Of a stretch of 34,679 bases of DNA, positions 27,121 through 34,679 are shown piece after piece. The stretch is from Promethearchaeota archaeon. GTDB taxonomy: Archaea; Asgardarchaeota; Lokiarchaeia; Sigyniarchaeales; SOKP01. Position 1 is the first letter of the stretch; each line of letters begins with the position of its first letter. Made by a program: the position numbers and the translations under genes. The notes under the pieces were generated by a model. The model saw only the letters and a program-made list of their open reading frames with translations, ran no database searches and was not told the origin of the DNA. The DNA is taken from positions 1 through 34,679 of the forward strand of contig JABCSY010000040.1 of NCBI GenBank assembly GCA_018238625.1, in the 5' to 3' direction.

Positions 27121-28290
27121 ATGAATTCAAAAGAACGAGTGAGAGCAGCAATTCATTTTAATCGACCAGATAGAGTCCCAATTTTTAATATAGTATCTGG
27201 TGATGTCGCTCCTATGCCACTTATGCCTTCAAAAGATTGGAATCCAGGTTTTGTAGAAAATGAAATTGGATTATTTCCCCATAATAAAAATCCCAATACT
27301 TGGGAAAGTCCAGATTGGGTAAATAATCGACCTGAATTTGAAGGTGGTAATTGGAAAAATATCCCACATGAAGAAGTAGATGAATGGGGTTGTATCTGGA
27401 ATATGAAGGGAAGGGATAAAGATATGGGACACCCAGGTAGACCTTCTTTAGCGGATATAAAAAACATAAATAATTATTTAACGCAATATACTTTAGATGC
27501 TTCAGAAAAGAGCCGATATAAAGCGGCTTTAGATTTAAAAAAATTATTGAGCAATGATTTGTACAATATGGTAATTATGAGTTCACAGGGACCTTCTCAT
27601 GTAGTTTCTGAAATGAGAGGTTTTTCTAATTATCTAGTCGATCACATTAAGCATCCTAAGGAGTTGAAACTTTTATTAGAACATGTTACTGAGTTCCATG
27701 TAGAATCAATAAAAATGGCGTTTAAGTACGGGTTAGAACCCAATGGATTTTGGCTATCTGACGATTTAGGAGAGCAAAATGGACCGTTCTTTAACCCTCG
27801 TATTTTTAGAGAATTTTACGAGCCAATATATAAAAGAATCGCAGACGCAGCACATGAATTAGGAGCTGATCTACATCTTCATTGTTGTGGCAAGGTAGAC
27901 CGTCTTATACCAGTACTCATTGACTGTGGTTTAGATTCTATCGAGTTTGATAGCCCTAGAATGAGTGGATATAACGATTTAGAGCAATATCGGGGAAAAA
28001 TAATGTTCTGGGGTTGCGTTAACATACAATCTATTTATACTCATGGAACGCCCGAAGAAGTCGAGCGAGAAGTTTGGCATATGGTTCGAAATTTAGGTAC
28101 GAAAGATGGAGGCTTTGGAGCGTATTTTTATCCTCAACCTAAAGTAATAAGGGTTTCTCGAAAGAACATCAAAGCTTTTGAAAAAGGATTAGAAAAATAT
28201 GGAACTTATTCAAACATTCCCTCAAAATGGTGGGATTATCCAACTTTAGAGAATTGGAATGATTCTGTAGTTCCCCCTTTACCACATTAG
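27121..28290 (+). CDS. Uroporphyrinogen decarboxylase (URO-D/MtaA-like) family protein
   Basis: MNSKERVRAAIHFNRPDRVP, DEWGCIW, MRGFSN, DDLG.Q, HCCG and GTPEEV. Confidence 0.87.
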   Translation: MNSKERVRAAIHFNRPDRVPIFNIVSGDVAPMPLMPSKDWNPGFVENEIGLFPHNKNPNTWESPDWVNNRPEFEGGNWKNIPHEEVDEWGCIWNMKGRDKDMGHPGRPSLADIKNINNYLTQYTLDASEKSRYKAALDLKKLLSNDLYNMVIMSSQGPSHVVSEMRGFSNYLVDHIKHPKELKLLLEHVTEFHVESIKMAFKYGLEPNGFWLSDDLGEQNGPFFNPRIFREFYEPIYKRIADAAHELGADLHLHCCGKVDRLIPVLIDCGLDSIEFDSPRMSGYNDLEQYRGKIMFWGCVNIQSIYTHGTPEEVEREVWHMVRNLGTKDGGFGAYFYPQPKVIRVSRKNIKAFEKGLEKYGTYSNIPSKWWDYPTLENWNDSVVPPLPH

Positions 28291-28318
28291 ATTCAAAGTA
28301 GGAATAAAAGAATTTTGC

Positions 28319-30991
28319 TTATTTCTTTTTTATTTCCCAGCAGAGGGGTTTATCTTGTTTATTTTCGCCACTTAAAAGCAATTGGTTTTCTTTTATTGTA
28401 AACTCAGCTTCATTTCCATTTATTAGAATAGAATCAATTTGGTCGAGTTCCTCTTCTCTTAGTTTTAATGATATTTCCCATGTACCTAATTTCAGGGGAC
28501 TGTACCACCCTAAATATCCATTTTTAGTCTTTTCTAATCCAATAAGGGGGGTACTAAACTTATATTCGTCTTTAGGTAAAGTAGGATTAAAATTCACTCC
28601 ATTTCGCGTGAAATTTATACCAATTAAGCGAGTTGTGTCGTATAACGGCCATGCGTGAGGATGCAAATTAAAGACCGGAAAATCAGTCCAAGAAGTTGCC
28701 ATATGCCCTAGAAATTCCTCTTCATCTGATGTACCTTGTTCGCCAGTAATTAAAGCTTCGTTAAAAACAGTTTGACCGGGATATTTAGATAAATCCGAGT
28801 TATAGGTGTCTGGACCACTCCAAATTCCATACCAAACATCGGGATAACTCTCAGCGTGATAAGCCAGTGAGTTTTTTTTCCATTCGTCCCATCCCATCTC
28901 TCCATCTACTAAAGAGAGAGCCCAGATTAAAGTTCCATTAATTGAAGGCCAAATTCCTGCATTTACTCCTTGTCCTTTGCCTCTTATACTATCAATACTC
29001 TTGCTATGAAGCCTAGCGCCAATTTTCGAGGGTTTACGAACTAATTCATCGATATTCTTTACAAGAATCGATTTTTGTTCTTGATTGGTCGCATCGCCAA
29101 TAATTGCCCAAGGTTGAGGTTCTAACCACATTTGATCTTCACCAACCCATCCCAAATCTTCTGTTAACCAAGCTCTTCTAAACCATTTTCCAGTCCACTG
29201 AGCCTTAACTGCTTCTCGTTGAGATTGAGAATACATAAGTGCTTCACTCGCTAAATCGCGTTCACCTACGAATCCCAACATTTCTGAGTATATTTCAAGC
29301 GTGTATATAGCCATTGTGGCGTTTAAAACGCTTTCTCCTTCTTTTTGAATTTCTTTATGTTTCTCAGGCGGAATGTTCCCAATTACAACACCATCGTTCC
29401 AATCTCCATTGGAGATTCGTTGGAGTCCGTGGCGTCCTGTCCCAGTTTTTTTAACTAAATGACGAAAACAGCGCGCTATTACATCTCGAACTTTAACAAT
29501 TTCTGCTCTAGATCCATAAACAGGATATCTGGAGACTTCTTCGTCAAGAAATTCAACATCACGAGTTCCAAGAACATATTCGCTTATTAACCATAGTAAC
29601 CACATTTCCTGATCGCTAGGCTTAAAGGGGACTGGTAATATTTGTCCACTTCCCGTAATACCATAGGGTATTTCGCCATTCTTACGAGTTGTTTTTAAAG
29701 TATACCTTATAACATTTTTTACTATGTCCGGGTTGCTGTAAATAAAAGGAAGTGCGTGTTGCAAGGGATCACGGGCAGCTCCTTGGAAGCCAATGATGTA
29801 TTGATACACATGACCCTGAGAAAGGATATGTTCTTTAAAATAGCTGTCATAAGTCATAGCACCTCTTAAATAATAATAATGCCAAAAAATTTCGCGATTT
29901 ACCCATGGTTCTTCTTTAATTTGTAATTCGATTCTATTATTTTTCCATTGTTCACATGTTTTTTCAAATAATTTAGTTAGATTATTATTATATTTGTTAA
30001 CTAAGGAGGTTATATCGTAGCCATCGGGAAGATATCCATATAAAAAAGATAATGTTTGACTTTCTCCTGACTTTAAGTGTAATTTTTGTTCCAGAAACAT
30101 AGCGCTTTCAATACCTGTAGAACTGAGATCGTTGTTCAACTTATTTTTAAGACCATCTGGAGCTTTGACACCACCACGACCAAAGAATTGTTCACTATTG
30201 GTACTTAATGCGCTTGCTTTAGAATCTAAAGAGATTAAGAAAGTTGATGGAGGAAATTTATCTTCAAATGCAGGTTTAAGATTAGCAGGATCGTATACCT
30301 CTTTTTGATTTTCCAAAAACCTTTTTTCTAGAAGCCCGGCGCCATTATTGATTACACTAAACTCGTGTTTAAATTTATTACTGAGTTCATGGCGAATCTC
30401 TCTCGGGTGTTTACCAGGTTTCTCTGAAAGTAGTGCCGCAAATGCAGACGACGAAAATTGATACATATAACAACCCCAATACTCGATCCATCGTAGATCT
30501 GTAGGCATATCTCGATTATTTGTTATTGTAATTTGAGAAATTAAAACAGGGTCGTCACCAAATGGCGCAAAAATAATTTGGTTAACATTATAACCGTACC
30601 CCATTACTTTTTTTTGTAAGTATCCAATTCCAAAGATCCTTTCGAAGGAATCTATTTTACCCAGATAGTATGTACTTAAAAAATTATCTCCATCAGTAAG
30701 GTATCCAAAACCTCCAGCATATTGTCCTTGTTTAGGATTAAACTCATTTAAATACTTAGGACCTCCTTCGTCTTGTCTTACTTGGATATATCCGTAATTT
30801 GATGCAACAGCTACCAATCTATCGTTGCCAATTTGGTGAAGGTGTTCTGTTTTTGAACGCCACTCTTCATTCATTGGAGTGATTGCTTTCGGATCATTTA
30901 TTTGGTCGCAAGTATAACGATATGCGGGTAATCCAAACCCATCATTAATCCATTCTCCAAAATGACCAGAACCAAACGCTTTTTTACTCAT
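28319..30991 (-). CDS. GH94-like glycoside phosphorylase/hydrolase, (alpha/alpha)6 catalytic domain
   Basis: ARDPLQ, PSDQEMWLLW, GDWNDG, GESV and WLEPQPWAI. Confidence 0.78.
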   Translation of the reverse strand: MSKKAFGSGHFGEWINDGFGLPAYRYTCDQINDPKAITPMNEEWRSKTEHLHQIGNDRLVAVASNYGYIQVRQDEGGPKYLNEFNPKQGQYAGGFGYLTDGDNFLSTYYLGKIDSFERIFGIGYLQKKVMGYGYNVNQIIFAPFGDDPVLISQITITNNRDMPTDLRWIEYWGCYMYQFSSSAFAALLSEKPGKHPREIRHELSNKFKHEFSVINNGAGLLEKRFLENQKEVYDPANLKPAFEDKFPPSTFLISLDSKASALSTNSEQFFGRGGVKAPDGLKNKLNNDLSSTGIESAMFLEQKLHLKSGESQTLSFLYGYLPDGYDITSLVNKYNNNLTKLFEKTCEQWKNNRIELQIKEEPWVNREIFWHYYYLRGAMTYDSYFKEHILSQGHVYQYIIGFQGAARDPLQHALPFIYSNPDIVKNVIRYTLKTTRKNGEIPYGITGSGQILPVPFKPSDQEMWLLWLISEYVLGTRDVEFLDEEVSRYPVYGSRAEIVKVRDVIARCFRHLVKKTGTGRHGLQRISNGDWNDGVVIGNIPPEKHKEIQKEGESVLNATMAIYTLEIYSEMLGFVGERDLASEALMYSQSQREAVKAQWTGKWFRRAWLTEDLGWVGEDQMWLEPQPWAIIGDATNQEQKSILVKNIDELVRKPSKIGARLHSKSIDSIRGKGQGVNAGIWPSINGTLIWALSLVDGEMGWDEWKKNSLAYHAESYPDVWYGIWSGPDTYNSDLSKYPGQTVFNEALITGEQGTSDEEEFLGHMATSWTDFPVFNLHPHAWPLYDTTRLIGINFTRNGVNFNPTLPKDEYKFSTPLIGLEKTKNGYLGWYSPLKLGTWEISLKLREEELDQIDSILINGNEAEFTIKENQLLLSGENKQDKPLCWEIKKK

Positions 30992-31130
30992 CTTTATAAT
31001 CTTCCCTTATTCAAATAAATCTATTTTAGAGAAATTAAGTAGAATTTAATAGTTTTAAGGAAATTGTTTTAAAACTTTTTGCATGGAGAGTCTTACATAA
31101 CAACTCGATATTAAACTGTCAATCCTTAAA

Positions 31131-32711
31131 TTAATAGCCACAATCTCTCATAACTGGGTTACTTAGATTGTTAGCTTTTTTAAACAATCTTAAAAGAAGA
31201 TCAAGTTTAATGTCTTTAAGAGTCTTATCGTTCCACAAATTATTTACTTCATTTTTATCCTTCTTTAAATTATATAATTCTCCATGATCACTAAAAACTG
31301 TGATTCTCCATTCGTCTGTAATTAATGTTCTCGTTCTTTCATGATTGTGGTCATCATCCATTTCAACAAGTATATCATCATTAATTTTTTCTTTAGCGTT
31401 ATCTAATATTGGAATTAAACTTTTTCCTTGCATAAAATCTGGGATTGGGATTCCAGCTAATTCCAAGATTGTCTCAGGAATGTCAATTGAACTAGCTAAC
31501 GAATTACATTCTTCGTTTGTTAACCCGTTAGGGACTTTTATTAAGAAGGGAATTTTGATTAACCCTTGATATAAGAATGGTCCTTTAAAGAAGAACTTAT
31601 GATCTCCACCTAAATCGCCATGATCCGTTGTATATATAACAACTGTATTTTCTGCCAAGTCAAATTTATTTAAAGCATCTAAAATCTCCCCTACGGCATC
31701 ATCAACCATTTTTTCCATTCCATAGGACGCAGCAATTACACGTTTAGCCTCTTCTTCTGTTAAATCTTTTGGAATTGGAAAGATCTTTTTTGCAGTTCCT
31801 TCACTTAATAGAAGAGTATTGTAATGTTTTCTATTAAATTCTGAACTATTTTTATGGTCATCGTTAAATGTTTTAGGTAATATTACATCTTCTGGCTTAT
31901 ACATATCGAAATATTTTCCAGGTGGCGCGAAAGGATGATGAGGGTCGGGAAATGAGCAAAAAGCGAGAAAATTCTCTTTGGAACAAGACCCATTGGAAAA
32001 TCTTTCTAAGAATTCGATTGTGTTTTCTTTAACAAATGTTGTAGAATAAAGTTCCTCAGGGATTTTATGTTTTAGCACTTGTAATTTCACCAAGGGATCA
32101 GAAGTGTTAAAACAGATATTAAGTTTTGTTTGAATTAAATTATCCGGATTACTCAACTTAATCCTGAGCGGTTTTCCTAACGAGGGATTGTTTTCTATTT
32201 TTTTCTTTACCCAATTTATGTAATCAGGGTGGCCACATAGCGGTCCGTGCCCTGAAACTATTTTAACATCCTCCAACCCAAAATAAGGTGAGTAGTTAGT
32301 TAATTTAGGATAATCTCTATGTGTGGCAAATTCTTGACTTTCAACAGCGCTTCTGAATTGACCAGAAGGAGCGCCAAAATAATTCAGATGTATTTTTCCA
32401 AAACTTGCTGTATAGTAATTTCCAGATTCAAGTAGAATATCAACAAAGGTATTTGTACCTTGAGGTAAATTGCGTCCATTTGTTGTGACACCATGCACTG
32501 AGGGATATTGCCCCGTATATATCGTGCTTCGATTAGGCATGCAGATTGGGTTATTACAATAAAAGTTAGTGAATTTAATGCCCTCTTTAGCGATGCGGTC
32601 GATATTTGGTGTTTTTAAAACCATCTTATTATTATAACAATTTAAGTGATCAAATCGCTGTTGGTCGGTTATAATAAATAAAAAGTTTAATCTTTTTTTA
32701 ATTTCTATCAC
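31131..32711 (-). CDS. Cys-type sulfatase
   Basis: TDQQR, TPNID, CMPNRSTIYTG (CxPxR formylglycine motif), GKIH, DPHHP and TDHGD. Confidence 0.92.
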   Translation of the reverse strand: MIEIKKRLNFLFIITDQQRFDHLNCYNNKMVLKTPNIDRIAKEGIKFTNFYCNNPICMPNRSTIYTGQYPSVHGVTTNGRNLPQGTNTFVDILLESGNYYTASFGKIHLNYFGAPSGQFRSAVESQEFATHRDYPKLTNYSPYFGLEDVKIVSGHGPLCGHPDYINWVKKKIENNPSLGKPLRIKLSNPDNLIQTKLNICFNTSDPLVKLQVLKHKIPEELYSTTFVKENTIEFLERFSNGSCSKENFLAFCSFPDPHHPFAPPGKYFDMYKPEDVILPKTFNDDHKNSSEFNRKHYNTLLLSEGTAKKIFPIPKDLTEEEAKRVIAASYGMEKMVDDAVGEILDALNKFDLAENTVVIYTTDHGDLGGDHKFFFKGPFLYQGLIKIPFLIKVPNGLTNEECNSLASSIDIPETILELAGIPIPDFMQGKSLIPILDNAKEKINDDILVEMDDDHNHERTRTLITDEWRITVFSDHGELYNLKKDKNEVNNLWNDKTLKDIKLDLLLRLFKKANNLSNPVMRDCGY

Positions 32712-32827
32712 TAATTTTAATTTTTAATAAGTCTAGGAAGAATTAATTAATATATAACTAGAAATCAAAAAAAATGTTTTTAAAGTTTAACATTAAAGTT
32801 ATATTAAAAAAACAAATTTAAAAAAAA

Positions 32828-34207
32828 ATGTCGATTAATAGATTACCTAAAAAACAAGTTTCGGGTTACATTGTGGGGATGATTCCATTAACGCTTATCC
32901 TTGGTGTGTTCCGATTAGGCTACATAAAATTTTTTTACGATTCATTGGGCTTAAATGAGGTTCTTTTTATTATTGGAATGGCAATATTCATGATTATAAA
33001 CATGTTAAATGATCCTCTCATCGGTCAATGGCAAGATAATACTGATGTGAAGAAATGGGGTAGCCGAAGAATCGTATATATAAAATACTTCAGTCCGTTT
33101 TTGGTGATAGCTTTTGCTCTCATGTGGTTCCCATGGAGTACAGACGCAGCTACACCTATGGGACAATTTGTAATGTTTCTGCATTTTTTGATAAGCATAA
33201 GCATTTTTGATACGCTCTCTAATATCGTAACAATGGCTTGGATGGCGTTACTTCCCGATATGACGAGTGATCTCGGAGAGCGTACTAGAATCAACTTTAT
33301 AGGTGGCATCCTCGGACTATTTACAAGCTTTGTTGTGATTACCGTTCCTACGATGGTTGATAACCGTGAATTTTTTCAAATATTCAACATCTCCGTTGCT
33401 GTGATTAGTTACATCTGTTATGTAATTGTGGTAAAGCTTTCAAAAGAACGCCCTGAGCATCAACACGACCGAAGCCCTCCTTTATGGACGGCAATAAAAC
33501 AAACGATGAAATCTAAATCCTTCATGATGTTTGTTGGATTTAATTTTTTCAAGACGCTCATTGGTGCAATACAACTCTCGTATGTCTTTCTATTTTTAAT
33601 ACTGATCGGTCCTGAAAATGTTGGATTATACTTTTTAATCGTAATAATTGTTGGTTGGAGCTCAAGTATTCTTTGTATGAAACTGAGAAAGAAACATGGG
33701 TTTAAAAAGCTGCTACTTCGGTTCACAACTATTCAATTCATAGGGGGATTTATTCTGTTCTTCTTGGTTTTAATTCCTTCAATCTCAATTCCCGCGATGT
33801 GGATAGGCCTTGCATTCTCGGCATTCTTTGGTGGTGCGAGTGTATTTGGAGTTATAATGCAGACGCTACCTATTGACGAGGATGAAGTAAAATATGGGTC
33901 TCGGCGAGAAGGGATGTTTTATGGTATTAACGCCTTGTTCACTAAACCAACTGAGAGTATTGGCCCTATCATCGTGACTATTGTACTTGTGTTAACGGGA
34001 TATGTACAAAACTCTCCCGTTCAAACAGATTCGGCGATGTTTGGAATTATATTTGTATTTTATTTCATCGTCAACATATTTGTGGCTTTAAGTTTGATTT
34101 TTGTCTACTTCTACCCATTAGAAGGAGAAAAATTAGAACGTCTTGAAGAAGAACTTAAGGAACTTCATCAAAAAAAGAGAGAACAGCTAAATATTAAAAC
34201 TAATTAA
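32828..34207 (+). CDS. MFS transporter, GPH/MelB-like
   Basis: About 12 hydrophobic helices, NDPLIGQWQD, WGSRR and IDEDEVKYGSRREGMFYG. Confidence 0.9.
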   Translation: MSINRLPKKQVSGYIVGMIPLTLILGVFRLGYIKFFYDSLGLNEVLFIIGMAIFMIINMLNDPLIGQWQDNTDVKKWGSRRIVYIKYFSPFLVIAFALMWFPWSTDAATPMGQFVMFLHFLISISIFDTLSNIVTMAWMALLPDMTSDLGERTRINFIGGILGLFTSFVVITVPTMVDNREFFQIFNISVAVISYICYVIVVKLSKERPEHQHDRSPPLWTAIKQTMKSKSFMMFVGFNFFKTLIGAIQLSYVFLFLILIGPENVGLYFLIVIIVGWSSSILCMKLRKKHGFKKLLLRFTTIQFIGGFILFFLVLIPSISIPAMWIGLAFSAFFGGASVFGVIMQTLPIDEDEVKYGSRREGMFYGINALFTKPTESIGPIIVTIVLVLTGYVQNSPVQTDSAMFGIIFVFYFIVNIFVALSLIFVYFYPLEGEKLERLEEELKELHQKKREQLNIKTN

Positions 34208-34296
34208 AATATTTTTACTTCTTATTTTTTTCATTCAAATAAAACTTTTTGATGACTAAAGGTGATTTAGAAGGGATTTCTCTTCAAATTAAAATT

Positions 34297-34679
34297 TTAT
34301 TTGACTTTTTTATACATTGGATAAAAAATAGGTGAGATGTAAGCTCCAATTACCTTTGAATAGAATTTTATAGTATCGCCACCCACCCACATGATTTCAC
34401 ATTTGTCTAAGCCATTCTGTTTCATGTCCCATAAACACAAAAAGAATAGTTCTCTTCCAATGCCTTTTCCACGCAATGATTCCAAGACTCCCGTTGGACC
34501 AAACGAGCTGGGATAGAATTGACTATGGGTAGAAAAACCTACTATTTCATTCTTAATGTTTTTCGCTATAAAAGTCGTTGGAGGATCGATATTAAATGAT
34601 AACTGAACTTCTTCAGCCCAAGTACCGCGAGGAAATTGTTTTTTCACGAACCGAAATGTTTTTTCAAAATCTTTAGCTT
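34297..34679 (-). CDS. GNAT-family N-acetyltransferase (5' part outside the window)
   Basis: Frame open to the window edge. Acetyl-CoA motif A FGPTGVLESLRGKGIG and FYSK. Confidence 0.85.
   Translation of the reverse strand, partial: AKDFEKTFRFVKKQFPRGTWAEEVQLSFNIDPPTTFIAKNIKNEIVGFSTHSQFYPSSFGPTGVLESLRGKGIGRELFFLCLWDMKQNGLDKCEIMWVGGDTIKFYSKVIGAYISPIFYPMYKKVK

Noticed and set aside
1398-33726. Short (60-104 aa) ORF-track entries antisense to or nested in long genes
   Set aside because: They overlap well-supported CDSs and have no recognisable motifs.

Overview
AT-rich archaeal DNA, most consistent with a Lokiarchaeia (Asgard) genome. This is inferred from a profilin-like protein, a Rag-like GTPase, a Loki-CTERM-type anchor and UGA-Sec genes with a 3'-UTR SECIS-like hairpin. 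The main signal missed by the ORF track is a minus-strand operon hdrA-mvhD(vhuD)-frhB-like-frhB-like. In it hdrA (4852->2912) has four in-frame UGA codons and mvhD (2906->2448) has two, all at conserved Cys positions. Only one SECIS-like hairpin is visible, 3' of mvhD, which suggests one element recodes six Sec codons across two cistrons. Other notable items: an LRR gene with ~17 66-bp units with a conserved framework and hypervariable concave-face codons, preceded by an in-frame A22 tract; a putative cyclin/TFIIB-like plus HNH protein; a Rag-like GTPase/DRG/profilin cluster; a 6x186-bp repeat surface protein cut from its membrane anchor by a 43-bp deletion, inside a rearranged region with triplicated promoter DNA; and a GH94-like/sulfatase/MFS cluster. 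No rRNA, tRNA, CRISPR array, transposase or reverse transcriptase was recognised. All family calls are from motif recognition by eye, without database searches.
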